From assembly GCA_030615175.1 (NCBI GenBank), contig JAUWZX010000001.1:1-62565 (forward strand): 62,565 bases of DNA, in the 5' to 3' direction. The notes beneath the pieces are model-generated. The model had not been told where the DNA came from. It did no database searches and saw only the letters and a list, made by a program, of their open reading frames with translations. Shown here one piece after another: positions 49,318 through 59,962 of the stretch. A program made the translations under genes and the position numbers. The stretch comes from Candidatus Parvarchaeota archaeon. GTDB taxonomy: Archaea; Nanobdellota; Nanobdellia; WJKC01. Position 1 is the stretch's first letter. Each line of letters begins with the position of its first letter.

Positions 49318-49779
49318 TTAAAGTATTTTCGGTATGAACATCTTAGTGTTCTTCATGTATTCAGCGTATCCTGGCAGGGTTTTTACTAATAATTTTTCTT
49401 CAATCAGCGACCTTGCGTAAAGATAAGGGATTATAATGAATGTAAAAAGGATTGTGAACTGCATTGACATTGTTGACATTATCAACCCCAAGCAGGCTAT
49501 TAATATGCCAGTGTATAATGGGTGGCGTACATGCCTGAATAACCCTTTATTCACTAATTCCTCCTTTGGCTCAACTTCAATGCTCCACGCTGAACCCATT
49601 GTATAATGACTTGTTATGTATACAGTGGCTCCTAGAACTATTAGTGGAATTCCCAGAGGCGAGTGATTAAACAAGTAAGGACTAAGAGTTACTGCTGAAA
49701 TAATCACTAATGCAATTGCTGAGTATCTTGATTTGATTAATTCTTTAATCATTGAATTTAATTTGATTAATTTAATCAT
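49318..49779 (-). CDS. Isoprenylcysteine/phospholipid methyltransferase-family protein
   Basis: GLFRHVRHPLYTG, EEKLL, YAEYM..T.MFIP. Confidence 0.85.
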   Translation of the reverse strand: MIKLIKLNSMIKELIKSRYSAIALVIISAVTLSPYLFNHSPLGIPLIVLGATVYITSHYTMGSAWSIEVEPKEELVNKGLFRHVRHPLYTGILIACLGLIMSTMSMQFTILFTFIIIPYLYARSLIEEKLLVKTLPGYAEYMKNTKMFIPKIL

Positions 49780-51095
49780 GGAATTATTCTTTCAACATCC
49801 CTTGGGTATAGAATTGCTTCCCTGATATTTTTTAAGCCAAGTAATTGCTTCACTAGTCTTGGAATGCCAAGTGAGAAGCCTCCGTGAGGGGGCACGCCGT
49901 ACTTGAATACTTCAGTGAACCATTTAATGTAATTCATCGTCATCTTCTTCTCCTTAACTTGTTTAATTAATTTCTCATAGCGGTGCTCTCTTTGACCTCC
50001 TGAACTTAATTCCATGCCTTTGTAAATTAAGTCAGTGCTGCGGGCAAAATTAGGTTCTCCATCAACTTTCATAACGTAGAATGGCTTTAATTTAGATGGG
50101 AAGTGATTAATGAAGAATGCATTACTATTATACTTCTTCTTAACGTACTCTGCAAGCAAGTGTTCTGCTTCAGCATCAATGTCCTTGCCTTCTTTAATTG
50201 GGTGCTTAAGTTTTTTCAGGATTTCATAAATTTCTGGAAATTCAAGCACTGGCAGCGGAAGTTTAGGAATGTTAATTCTTGCATTTAATAATTTTAATTC
50301 ATTTTTGCATTCATTCCTTACTTTTTTAAGAATGGCAGTGAATAATTCTTCCTCTACTTTCATGACATCATACTCGTCGTCAATGAATCCGATTTCGCAG
50401 ACAATGGTGTCGTACTCGCATACGTGGCGCGCAGTATGCGATAATTCAGCCCTCCATGAAGGCCCAATCTCATAAATCTTGTCAAAGCCGCCTGCAATTG
50501 TTAACTGCCTGTGCAGTTGCGGGTCCTGTCTGAGGAATGCCTCCTTGTTAAAGTAGATTATTGGGAATACTTCAGAGCCTCCTTCTGCAGGCACGCCTAG
50601 TATTCTTGGAGTGAATACTTGAATGAATCCTTTCTTATTTAAGTGATTGACTGCTGCTTCAATTATTTTTGCCTGAACCTTGAATATAGCTGTGTTCTTA
50701 TGAGTTCTTAAGTCAATGCTTCTCCAATCTAACCGCCTGTCAAGCCCTGACTCTATCTTTCCTGAAATATCAAGCGGCACTGGCTGCTCTGCTTGCGCGA
50801 TTATTTTAATTTTTTCCGGTATCATTTCAGCGCCCCCAGGAGCCTGCTTTGATGCCTTAATAACTCCCTGAACTGCAATGACGGATTCCTTTCTTAATTC
50901 ATTGAATTTATTGAATAATGAATCACTGACAACTCCTTTTGGGAACGTGACTTGCATTAAACCCTCGCAGTCCCTGAGTATTAAGAACTTGATTTTTCCT
51001 AATTTCCTGGTTTCAAAAACCCATCCAGCAATTATGATTTTCTTATTCTTTAATGATAATGCTTTACTAGTGTAAACGCGTTTTTTTAATTTCAT
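49776..51095 (-). CDS. aspS: Aspartate--tRNA ligase, archaeal type, probably non-discriminating
   Basis: OB fold AGWV...FLILRD, EGGSEVF, WRAE, ELSSGGQR, GVPPHGG, YPRD. Confidence 0.95.
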   Translation of the reverse strand: MKLKKRVYTSKALSLKNKKIIIAGWVFETRKLGKIKFLILRDCEGLMQVTFPKGVVSDSLFNKFNELRKESVIAVQGVIKASKQAPGGAEMIPEKIKIIAQAEQPVPLDISGKIESGLDRRLDWRSIDLRTHKNTAIFKVQAKIIEAAVNHLNKKGFIQVFTPRILGVPAEGGSEVFPIIYFNKEAFLRQDPQLHRQLTIAGGFDKIYEIGPSWRAELSHTARHVCEYDTIVCEIGFIDDEYDVMKVEEELFTAILKKVRNECKNELKLLNARINIPKLPLPVLEFPEIYEILKKLKHPIKEGKDIDAEAEHLLAEYVKKKYNSNAFFINHFPSKLKPFYVMKVDGEPNFARSTDLIYKGMELSSGGQREHRYEKLIKQVKEKKMTMNYIKWFTEVFKYGVPPHGGFSLGIPRLVKQLLGLKNIREAILYPRDVERIIP

Positions 51096-51152
51096 TAAAT
51101 ATAAAGTAAAAAACAGAGGTATTTAAAAGTCTTTATTTAAGAAATAAAGCGG

Positions 51153-52811
51153 TTACATCATGTTCATTGGCTTGAGTCCGAGTAAGTGAATTACTTTGCC
51201 CATAACGATTAAATAGGTCTTAATTATCTTGGCTCGCGAACCCGAGTACTCGCTCTTAATGACCGGGCAGTGCTCGTAGAACTTGCTGAACGCTGTTGCT
51301 AATTCATAAGCGTAGCGGGCAATGACTGGAGGGTTAAGCTTTTTGTAAGCACTGGCGTAAACAGCAGGGAATTTGTTTAGTTGATTCACTAACCCGTACT
51401 CATAGTCATTTTCAATTTTAATCATCTGCGCCCTGGCTTTGCCGAGTTTTTTAAGAATCTTCTTAGCCCTGACGTAACTATATTGAATGTAAGGTCCGGT
51501 GTTGCCCTCAAATGAAAGCCAATCCTTGTAGTCAAAGAGTATTTTCCTGTTCAAGTCACGACTAAGCATGCCATACTTCATGGCGCTCATAGCAATTTGA
51601 TGAGAGAGCTCCTCCTGCTTCTTAAGTTTTAATTTAGGATTACGCTTCTGAACTTCTGTTAATGCTAAGTTAAACATTTTTTCATAAAGTTCTGTGAATA
51701 ATATTAAGTTGCCAGTCCTGGATGACATCCTGCCCTCCTTTAAGCCAACTAATTCATAAACCCTGTGAACGCTGTTCTCAGCCCATTTCCAGCCTGCGAG
51801 TTCAAAAATCTTGAATAATTGCTTGAAGTAAAGTAATTGCTCAACAGCAACTACGTGAATGACTTTTGAAACCTTATGCTTCTTGAATTCAAGTTCAGCA
51901 AGTCCTAAATCCTTAGCAAGGTATAATGGAGTCCCGTCCTTTGCGACTATAACAACGACTTCTAAACCATGCTTTGTTAAGTCAGCAATGATTGCTCCTT
52001 CTGATTCTTTAAGCACGCCTTTTTTCAACAACTGCTTTGCAATCTTTAAGCCAGACTTCTCAACCTGGCTTTCCCAGAGAAAAGAGTTCATCTTAGTGTT
52101 AACGAGTTTCAGGACTTTATTCATATGATTAATGCTCCAATTCCTGGTCAACTTCCATACAGTCACTAATGATTTATCACCAGCGTATAATCTGTTATTG
52201 ACGCTGTTAACTTCCTTCTTTTTCTGTTCAGTATTGATTTTCTCATTTGCAATAGCATAGACTCTGCCAAGCCACTCTCCCTTATCACCTTCTGGCTTTA
52301 AGTTAAGATTCATGTAACCCCACAAGCACTTGGCAACGTGTGGTCCAATGTCACCGCCATAAGTTGTTCTAACTACCCTTATGCCTTTTTCCTCAAGAAT
52401 TCTGGAGATGGATTCACCTATGATTACGTTACGGGTATGCCCAATGTGAATTCCTTTATGAGTATTAGGCTGGAAAAATTCAACCATTACGCGCTCAGGC
52501 TTTGACTTCTTAATTAATTCTTTTTTATTTAATTCCTTAATTATCTCCTGCGACGCCCTGTCCTTGTCAAGGAAGAAGTTAATGTAAGGACCGAATGATG
52601 TTACGCCAGTGAATATTGTGCCCTTTAATTTTATTTTTTTAACAACTTCTTTTGCAATTACTGAAGGATTTCTCTTCTCCTTCTCAGCAAGAGTGAAACA
52701 TGGGAAAGCAATGTCCCCTAGTTTAGCGTCTTTAGGGATTTCAATAGCAAAATCCTTCTCTCTGGGCAGTGCTTTCTTCAATACTTTCACAGCTTCCTTC
52801 TTAAAGTCCAT
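51153..52811 (-). CDS. argS: Arginine--tRNA ligase
   Basis: PNTHKGIHIGH, MSSRTG, FEGNTGPYIQYSY.R, FYEHCPVI; ATG at 52811. Confidence 0.95.
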   Translation of the reverse strand: MDFKKEAVKVLKKALPREKDFAIEIPKDAKLGDIAFPCFTLAEKEKRNPSVIAKEVVKKIKLKGTIFTGVTSFGPYINFFLDKDRASQEIIKELNKKELIKKSKPERVMVEFFQPNTHKGIHIGHTRNVIIGESISRILEEKGIRVVRTTYGGDIGPHVAKCLWGYMNLNLKPEGDKGEWLGRVYAIANEKINTEQKKKEVNSVNNRLYAGDKSLVTVWKLTRNWSINHMNKVLKLVNTKMNSFLWESQVEKSGLKIAKQLLKKGVLKESEGAIIADLTKHGLEVVVIVAKDGTPLYLAKDLGLAELEFKKHKVSKVIHVVAVEQLLYFKQLFKIFELAGWKWAENSVHRVYELVGLKEGRMSSRTGNLILFTELYEKMFNLALTEVQKRNPKLKLKKQEELSHQIAMSAMKYGMLSRDLNRKILFDYKDWLSFEGNTGPYIQYSYVRAKKILKKLGKARAQMIKIENDYEYGLVNQLNKFPAVYASAYKKLNPPVIARYAYELATAFSKFYEHCPVIKSEYSGSRAKIIKTYLIVMGKVIHLLGLKPMNMM

Positions 52812-52837
52812 AAAGGATAACAAGAAGTGATAATTAT

Positions 52838-53737
52838 TTATAAATTTCTAATAGTTTTTTTAGTTTCTAATGCCAAAAATTTTGCAGAAGAAAGCAAAGG
52901 AGTGTCATGTCCTGAAATAAAAGAAGGAGCATACGAGTCTATTATTAACTTGTCAGCAAGACTTCCTCTTTCAATTTCAAATATTTTTATAGGACCCTCT
53001 TCCCTTATGATGTGCTTGTAATCATAAATTTCTTTCCTTGAAAAAAGCCATAATGCTCTGTTAATCATACTGTCTCTGGAGTTATGATAAAGTAAAAGAG
53101 GACATTTTAATTCTCTTAAATTAACATAACCCTCTTTTTGTCCATAATAAAAATCTACTCTCTTTTCAGTGCTTTTTAAAATTGTTTTAGCACTTTGAAA
53201 AGACAATGAACCCCCCATAGGAAATGTCTTTGTTATTATGAATATATAAGATAATATTTTTGAATGTAATCTAAAAGCATTGTATTGTAAACTAGCAAGT
53301 CCATTAAGACTTAAGATTGCATTTACTTTGTATTCATCACTTAATCTATGCCCTAAATAAAGACTAAACCATGCTCCAAGAGAGTGACCGCAGAATACGT
53401 TTTTATTAAAGGAACCATACTCATCCTCAACAAGCCCCATTAGTGCAAGATTATCACTGAAAACTTCTCTGGGTTCTAGAATCCCCCTGTAAGTCCCTAT
53501 AGTGTCATCATCATAGTGCCCCCTCATTGTTGGTGTCACTACAGTGCAACCTTTTGCAGTAAACTCATTTCTCATAATATGAATAACATCATCTTCTTTA
53601 TCAGGGTCTTTATTAGAGCCCAGCCCGTGGAATAAGTATACAAGAGTGCCTGAACTGTTTTCAGGGAAATAAATATTTGTACTAAAAAGCACTCCATTAT
53701 TTTTGTATTCTAATTTTTCTTTAAGCACATACTGCAC
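52838..53737 (-). CDS. Alpha/beta hydrolase
   Basis: HGLG, RGH, GHSLG nucleophile elbow, C-terminal GH. Confidence 0.8.
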   Translation of the reverse strand: MQYVLKEKLEYKNNGVLFSTNIYFPENSSGTLVYLFHGLGSNKDPDKEDDVIHIMRNEFTAKGCTVVTPTMRGHYDDDTIGTYRGILEPREVFSDNLALMGLVEDEYGSFNKNVFCGHSLGAWFSLYLGHRLSDEYKVNAILSLNGLASLQYNAFRLHSKILSYIFIITKTFPMGGSLSFQSAKTILKSTEKRVDFYYGQKEGYVNLRELKCPLLLYHNSRDSMINRALWLFSRKEIYDYKHIIREEGPIKIFEIERGSLADKLIIDSYAPSFISGHDTPLLSSAKFLALETKKTIRNL

Positions 53738-53789
53738 TTATAAAAAATTAATTTTTAAATATATCCCTAACAACACCAACAAAAGAGAA

Positions 53790-53838
53790 AGTTATTTAAA
53801 TAGGTTCTAGTTTAGTGTTGGTATCGGAGACTAACATT
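53790..53838 (+). promoter_or_regulatory. Promoter with palindromic operator candidate
   Basis: TTTAAATA at 53795-53802; TGTTGGT-N7-ACTAACA at 53816-53836 spanning the predicted TSS. Confidence 0.5.
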
Positions 53839-54159
53839 ATGGCCGTGGTTGATGAGTTCAGAGAGATGAGCAGGCGAATGGATGAATTAGCAAACGCTAT
53901 GTTCATAGACCCATTTAATAATGATTTCTTTGAAGCATTCACGCGCAAGAGAATTGAATTAATAAGGGCAATAATAGATAAAGAACCGGATAGTATTAGG
54001 GGTCTGGCAAAGCAAGTTCAGAGAAATATTAAGAACGTATTCGATGACTTGCAAGTCCTGAATGAATTTAAAATCATAACTTTTGAAGAGCAGGGCAGGC
54101 GCAAGAAACCAATTGTTAGTAAGAAAACAATTATTTTCAGGTTTAAAACATTGAGGTGA
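53839..54159 (+). CDS. HTH transcriptional regulator (HVO_A0114-like)
   Basis: T.KR.ELI..I...P.SIRGLAKQVQRNIKNV.DDL..L...K.PIV; ATG at 53839. Confidence 0.8.
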   Translation: MAVVDEFREMSRRMDELANAMFIDPFNNDFFEAFTRKRIELIRAIIDKEPDSIRGLAKQVQRNIKNVFDDLQVLNEFKIITFEEQGRRKKPIVSKKTIIFRFKTLR

Positions 54160-54165
54160 TAATTA

Positions 54166-56430
54166 ATGAATGAAGTTAAGTTAAAGGTTGCAGAAGCATA
54201 TCAGAAAGATTTGGGTAAGGGGATTATTCGAATTGATTCTAAAACAATAAAGGAGTTAGGAGTAAGCGAGGGCGATTATATAATTATTTCAGGAAAAAAG
54301 GAGACAGTTGCAATGGTTGACAGGGCTCTGCCGGCAGACATTGGGCTGAGATTAATAAGGATGGATGGTTATTTAAGGCGCTCAGCAAGCGTTGGAGTAA
54401 GTGAGGTCGTCACATTAAAGAAAGCAGACGTGAAACCAGCAATCAATGTAACGCTCGCGCCGGCACAGGAAGGAATACGCATTCAAATTAATCCGCAAGG
54501 CGTGAAGAACAGTTTGCTTGGAAGGGCTATGATTCAAGGAGACATAATCACTCTTGGAGGAGTGAAGAGGCGCAGGAATATTATGAGTTCAGGCTCACCA
54601 TTTGATGATATTTTTAAAATGTTTGAAATGAATGTCTTCCAAGGCTTTGCTGGAGAAATTAAATTAGTGGCTATTAAAACAAAACCAAAAGGTCCAGTAG
54701 TCATAACAGAGAAAACCCACATAGAAATAAGTCCTGAAGCAGCAAAGCATATTGAAAGAATACCTGACATCAGTTATGAAGATATTGGAGGACTTGATGA
54801 GGAAATCAGGAAAGTCAGGGAAATGGTTGAACTGCCATTAAGGAACCCTGAAATATTCAAGCAGTTAGGAATTGAACCTCCAAAAGGAGTATTATTATAC
54901 GGTCCGCCAGGATGCGGGAAGACTTTGTTAGCAAGGGCAGTTGCTAATGAATCAGAAGCTAATTTCATAAGTTTGGTTGGCAGTGAAGTAATGAGTAAGT
55001 GGGTTGGGGAAGCAGAGAAGAGGATTCGCGACTTATTCGAGCAAGCAGAAAAGCAGGCACCAACAATAGTATTCATTGACGAGATTGATTCAATTGCGCC
55101 TAAAAGAGAGGAAGTTACTGGAGAGGTTGAGCGAAGAGTTGTTGCCCAATTACTCGCTAGCATGGACGGCTTAAAAGGCAGAGGCAAGGTAGTTGTTATT
55201 GGAGCAACTAACAGGCAGAATGCCCTGGATCCTGCGCTCAGGCGGCCAGGAAGGTTTGACCGTGAGATTGAGATTGGCGTGCCAGACGTTCGTGGCAGGG
55301 AAAAAATACTGAAGATTCACACAAGAAACATGCCGTTTGATAAGGACATTGACCTCAAGCAATTAGCCAGGATAACTCATGGATTTGTTGGAGCAGACCT
55401 TGAAGCATTATGCAAGGAGGCAGCAATGAGCGTGATAAGAAGGATTTTGCCAGAAATTAATTTAGAAGAAGGTGAAAGGGTATCACCTGATGATTTAAAG
55501 AAATTAATAGTTAAGGCAAAGGATTTCAAGGAGGCATTAAAGTTAGTGCGTCCTTCAGTAATGAGGGAAGTATTAATTGAAGTTCCTAACGTTAAGTACT
55601 CTGACATTGGAGGTCTTGAAGATACTAAGAGGCAGTTGCGCGAAACGATTGAATGGCCTTTAGAGCATCCTGAAAGTTTCAAGCGCATGGGCATAAAACC
55701 TCCTAAAGGATTATTACTTCTTGGCCCGCCAGGATGCGGGAAGACAATGCTTGCCAAGGCAGTTGCTACTGAATCAGAAGCAAACTTCATAAGCATTAAA
55801 GGCCCTTCATTGTTTAGTAAGTGGGTTGGAGAATCAGAGAAAGCAATCAGGGAAATATTCAGGAAGGCAAGGCAGGTTAGTCCTGCAATAATCTTTTTTG
55901 ACGAGATTGACAGTTTAGCGCCTAAAAGAAGTGGAGGCGAGTCAAGCAGGGCTTACGAGCAAGTAGTTAATCAATTATTAACTGAATTAGACGGACTTGA
56001 GGAACTTAATGATGTTGTGGTTATTGGAGCAACCAACAGACCTGACATTATAGACCATGGATTATTAAGGCCTGGAAGGTTTGACAGGATAATTGTAGTG
56101 CCTCAGCCTGATAAGGATTCAAGGCTTAAGATATTTGAAGTGCATACTAAGGGCATGCCTTTAGTAAAGGATATTAACTTAGTGAAAATGGCTGAAATAA
56201 CAGATGGTTATTCAGGAGCAGATATTGAATCTCTTTGCAGGGAGGCAGCAATGAATGCATTAAGGGAGAATATGAATTCAAAACAAGTTTTAAAGAAGCA
56301 CTTTGATAAGGCATTTGAAACTACCAAGCCAAGCCTTAGGGCAGAGGATACGAGGATTTATGAAAGATTTGCTGAAAGAGCTCAAAACACTGAAGCAATA
56401 AGCAAAGAAATCAGCGCTTACATGGGGTGA
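54166..56430 (+). CDS. cdc48: CDC48/VAT AAA+ ATPase
   Basis: N domain plus two AAA modules (GPPGCGKT twice, RPGRFDR twice), C-terminal HbYX-like YMG. Confidence 0.96.
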   Translation: MNEVKLKVAEAYQKDLGKGIIRIDSKTIKELGVSEGDYIIISGKKETVAMVDRALPADIGLRLIRMDGYLRRSASVGVSEVVTLKKADVKPAINVTLAPAQEGIRIQINPQGVKNSLLGRAMIQGDIITLGGVKRRRNIMSSGSPFDDIFKMFEMNVFQGFAGEIKLVAIKTKPKGPVVITEKTHIEISPEAAKHIERIPDISYEDIGGLDEEIRKVREMVELPLRNPEIFKQLGIEPPKGVLLYGPPGCGKTLLARAVANESEANFISLVGSEVMSKWVGEAEKRIRDLFEQAEKQAPTIVFIDEIDSIAPKREEVTGEVERRVVAQLLASMDGLKGRGKVVVIGATNRQNALDPALRRPGRFDREIEIGVPDVRGREKILKIHTRNMPFDKDIDLKQLARITHGFVGADLEALCKEAAMSVIRRILPEINLEEGERVSPDDLKKLIVKAKDFKEALKLVRPSVMREVLIEVPNVKYSDIGGLEDTKRQLRETIEWPLEHPESFKRMGIKPPKGLLLLGPPGCGKTMLAKAVATESEANFISIKGPSLFSKWVGESEKAIREIFRKARQVSPAIIFFDEIDSLAPKRSGGESSRAYEQVVNQLLTELDGLEELNDVVVIGATNRPDIIDHGLLRPGRFDRIIVVPQPDKDSRLKIFEVHTKGMPLVKDINLVKMAEITDGYSGADIESLCREAAMNALRENMNSKQVLKKHFDKAFETTKPSLRAEDTRIYERFAERAQNTEAISKEISAYMG

Positions 56431-57128
56431 AAATCACGGAGCAGGATAAATTATTTGATTACATACTCTCAGACGAACTTACTTGGGAGGGATTAATAAG
56501 GGATATTGTGCGCGAGGAGCGCATGAACCCTTGGAATATTGACGTTGGCAGGCTTGCAGTCAAGTACTCAAAACGCATTAAGAACATAGTTAACATTGAC
56601 TTCAGAACATCAGGCAAGTTCTTACTAACTGCTTCAATATTATTGAAGATGAAGAGTGATTACTTGCTTAAGGACTTGGAAGAGAAAGGAAGTGATGAAG
56701 GAATATTATTATCATTCATTTTCAAGGACTTGGATTATCACTTTAAGACTGCAAGCGGTGAGTTAATACCAAAGATTCCAATGATGAAGAAGCGTAGGGT
56801 AACGCTTCCAGAATTAATAGCTGCATTAAAAAAGGCTGTTGAGGTTAATGAGCGCAGGATTGCAAGGCAGCGAGAGAATAAGAAAAGTATTCGATTAAAT
56901 ATTAAGAAGATTGATTTACCTGAGAAAATAATTGAAGTCTATTCAAAAATTACAATGTTCTTCAAAAATCTTAAAAAAGAGGAAATAACTTTTAAGGAAT
57001 TACTGCCTAGTAATGATAAGTTTGACATTATTTGGACATTCATGCCATTGCTTTACTTAAACAATGAAGGCAAGATAATGTTAAGACAAGAGGAATTATT
57101 CGGTGAAATTTACATTGGGAAACCTTAA
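56427..57128 (+). CDS. scpA: Segregation and condensation protein A (kleisin)
   Basis: MNPWNID, ASILLKMKS, R.VTL.ELI.AL, QEELFGEI. Confidence 0.9.
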   Translation: MKITEQDKLFDYILSDELTWEGLIRDIVREERMNPWNIDVGRLAVKYSKRIKNIVNIDFRTSGKFLLTASILLKMKSDYLLKDLEEKGSDEGILLSFIFKDLDYHFKTASGELIPKIPMMKKRRVTLPELIAALKKAVEVNERRIARQRENKKSIRLNIKKIDLPEKIIEVYSKITMFFKNLKKEEITFKELLPSNDKFDIIWTFMPLLYLNNEGKIMLRQEELFGEIYIGKP

Positions 57129-57591
57129 GACTGGGATTGAAGCCCTGCTATTCGCCACGCAGGGATTAAATATTGAGCAGTTATGCTCTAAGACTGGCAG
57201 CGTTAAGAATAAAGTATTGAAAGCCTTGGAGGAATTAAGGAAGGATTATGAGTCACGTGATTCAGCGTTCATAATCACTTGCGATGCCGGCGTCTGGAAA
57301 TTAACAGTTCACTCTCATCACGTTTCACTAGTTAAGGACTTAATTCCAAGCGAGTTCCCTAAAAGCATTCTCGAGACGCTGGCAGTTATTGCTTACAGGA
57401 AGCCTGTATTGCAGTCAGAAGTTGTGAAGATTAGAGGCAACAAGGCTTATGACCACATCAAGGGATTGGAAAAACTTGAATTTATTCGCCTGAAGAAGAA
57501 GGGCAGGACTAATGAGATTTCATTATGCGATAAATTCTACGATTACTTTAACACAACGCCAAGAGAAGTTAAGGAATCGTTTAACGCTTAA
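57115..57591 (+). CDS. scpB: Segregation and condensation protein B
   Basis: IEALLF, LETLAVIAYRKPV.QSEVVKIRG..AYDHI, F.DYF; TTG at 57115 follows GGTGA (alternative GTG 57103). Confidence 0.9.
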   Translation: MGNLKTGIEALLFATQGLNIEQLCSKTGSVKNKVLKALEELRKDYESRDSAFIITCDAGVWKLTVHSHHVSLVKDLIPSEFPKSILETLAVIAYRKPVLQSEVVKIRGNKAYDHIKGLEKLEFIRLKKKGRTNEISLCDKFYDYFNTTPREVKESFNA

Positions 57592-57634
57592 AGGATAATA
57601 AAGTATTTATTCCATAAAAACCATAATAATATTC

Positions 57635-57928
57635 ATGCTTAAATTAAAGAGGATTAGTGAAATACTTAATATGAAGGTTTACACTGACGGCGGGGATTAC
57701 TTTGGCGACTTAGAGGAAGCAGAATTAGTTGAGAACAGGGTTTTCGGCTGGAAAATCAAGTCAACAAAGGATTCATTCCTAAGCAAGGCAGTTGGAGGAG
57801 CCAAGGGAGTAATAGTCCCTCACAACCTTGTCAGGGCAATAGGTGACATCTTCATTATTTCGAAAACGGCCATTCCAACAGGTTATGAGGAAGAAAAGGG
57901 AACCCCGATGAAGCCAATACCTGAATAA
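57635..57928 (+). CDS. PRC-barrel protein (CdpB-like cell division protein candidate)
   Basis: VYTD.G.YFG, VIVPH.LVRAIGDIFII. Confidence 0.85.
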   Translation: MLKLKRISEILNMKVYTDGGDYFGDLEEAELVENRVFGWKIKSTKDSFLSKAVGGAKGVIVPHNLVRAIGDIFIISKTAIPTGYEEEKGTPMKPIPE

Positions 57929-58026
57929 AGTAAGGAAAACTGTCCACGAAATCTGTGAACAATTGCTGAATTAAATCATTATTTTTAGGAATCTTTTAAA
58001 ATACCTGCGCATTAATACTGATTAGA

Positions 58027-59928
58027 ATGGAATTCAAATTCAAAACAACAAAAGACATTAAAGTGCCTACCAGAATAGTTGACCAAGTCATTGGACAGGA
58101 CGCGGCTATTAAGATTATTAAAAAAGCTGCAAAACAGAGGCGCAACGTAGTATTAGTTGGAGACCCTGGAACAGGAAAATCAATGCTGGCTCAATCACTG
58201 GCAGAATTACTCCCAAAGGAAGAATTAACTGACATTCTTGTATACCCCAATCCAAAAGATGATAATAATCCATTAATCAAGGAAGTTCCTGCAGGAAAGG
58301 GTTCATCAATTATTCAGGCAGCAAAGACGAAATTATTATCAAGAAGTCAATCAGGCGGTTGGACAATGTTCATTGCAATACTAGTAGTGCTGACGATTGC
58401 TCAATTCGTTATTGACTGGATTGTTGGCTCAGAGAAAAGCGAGATATTACAAGCAGCTGACAGGATTTCAGGAACACTATTCATGCTTGCAATAATGGGC
58501 GTATTAGTGCTCGTCTTCGCAACTTCAAAGCTTAGAATGCCAATGCAAAAGGCAAGAGGTCCTAAATTACTTGTTGATAATAAGGGCAGAAAGAAAGCGC
58601 CATTCATTGATGCAACTGGCTCTCATGAAGGAGCATTACTCGGCGACGTGCGCCACGACCCACTGCAAAGTGGGGGCTTGGGAACTCCAGCACATGAAAG
58701 AATCACTTCCGGAGCAATCCACAAAGCTAATGGAGGAGTTTTATTCATTGACGAGATTGCAACCCTGCGCCCTGAAAGCCAGATTGATTTATTAACCGCA
58801 ATGCAGGAAAAAAAATTCCCGATAACAGGCAGGAGTGAACGCTCTTCAGGAGCAATGACTCAAACTCAGCCAGTGCCATGCGACTTCGTACTGGCCGCTG
58901 CAGGCAATCTTGAAACTATTAGGAAAGTTCATCCAGCACTGCGTTCAAGAGTCAGGGGTTACGGCTACGAAGTGTACATGAATACTGAAATGGATGACAC
59001 GCCAGAGAACAGATTAAAACTTACGCGATTCGTTGCTCAGGAAATAAAGAAGGATAAAGGCAAGACTCCTCACTTCACTAAGGAATCTGTCTTAGAAATT
59101 ATTCATCAAGCGCAAAAGAAGGCTGATCGCAGGGGCAAGTTAACAATGAGGTTAAGGGAGCTTGGAGGACTAATCAGGGCTGCAGGCGACACAGCCAGAG
59201 AGCAAGGCGCTAAATTAGTTGAGAAAAAGCATGTTTTACAGGCAATTAAGACTGCCGGCAGCCTGGAACAGCAGTTAAGCGACAGGTACACTAAATTAAA
59301 GAAAGAGTATGACGTGATAAGGGTTAAGGGTTCTGAAGTTGGCAGGGTTAATGGATTAGCAGTTCTTAAAGCAGGTCCAAAAGCGCTTGGCTCAGGAATC
59401 GTCATGCCAATTGAAGCTGCCGTGGTGCCTGGGTTAACCAAAGGCAAGGCGGCAATAATCGCGACAGGGAAATTAGGCGACATTGCTAAGGAAGCAGTGC
59501 AGAATGTTTCAGCAGTTTTTAAAAAATACTCTGACAAGGACTTAAGCAGATATGACATTCACATTCAATTCGTTCAAGCATTTGAAGGCGTTGAAGGAGA
59601 TTCTGCAAGCATTAGCATAGCAACCGCAGTGTTATCAGCTCTTGAAGGAGTGCCTGTTAAGCAGGACGTGGCAATGACAGGCAGTTTATCAATCAGAGGC
59701 GAAGTCCTCCCTGTTGGAGGCGTAAGCACTAAAGTGGAAGCGGCTTACGAGGCAGGCATTAAGACAGTGATTGTGCCTAAGATGAACTTAAAGGACGTAT
59801 TGCTTGATGGCATGAAGAAAATAAAGATAGTGCCTGCTGAAACAATTGCTGACGTTTTAGAGCACGCTTTTAATTGGAAAGGCAGGAGCAGAGCAGTATT
59901 ACAGAAGATTAAAAGAGAATTCAAGTAA
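58027..59928 (+). CDS. lonB: Archaeal Lon protease LonB
   Basis: GDPGTGKS, 2 TM insert, [21 protein letters not shown]. Confidence 0.96.
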   Translation: MEFKFKTTKDIKVPTRIVDQVIGQDAAIKIIKKAAKQRRNVVLVGDPGTGKSMLAQSLAELLPKEELTDILVYPNPKDDNNPLIKEVPAGKGSSIIQAAKTKLLSRSQSGGWTMFIAILVVLTIAQFVIDWIVGSEKSEILQAADRISGTLFMLAIMGVLVLVFATSKLRMPMQKARGPKLLVDNKGRKKAPFIDATGSHEGALLGDVRHDPLQSGGLGTPAHERITSGAIHKANGGVLFIDEIATLRPESQIDLLTAMQEKKFPITGRSERSSGAMTQTQPVPCDFVLAAAGNLETIRKVHPALRSRVRGYGYEVYMNTEMDDTPENRLKLTRFVAQEIKKDKGKTPHFTKESVLEIIHQAQKKADRRGKLTMRLRELGGLIRAAGDTAREQGAKLVEKKHVLQAIKTAGSLEQQLSDRYTKLKKEYDVIRVKGSEVGRVNGLAVLKAGPKALGSGIVMPIEAAVVPGLTKGKAAIIATGKLGDIAKEAVQNVSAVFKKYSDKDLSRYDIHIQFVQAFEGVEGDSASISIATAVLSALEGVPVKQDVAMTGSLSIRGEVLPVGGVSTKVEAAYEAGIKTVIVPKMNLKDVLLDGMKKIKIVPAETIADVLEHAFNWKGRSRAVLQKIKREFK

Positions 59929-59962
59929 AACTTTTAAAAACATTCTAACTCATAAAATCAGT

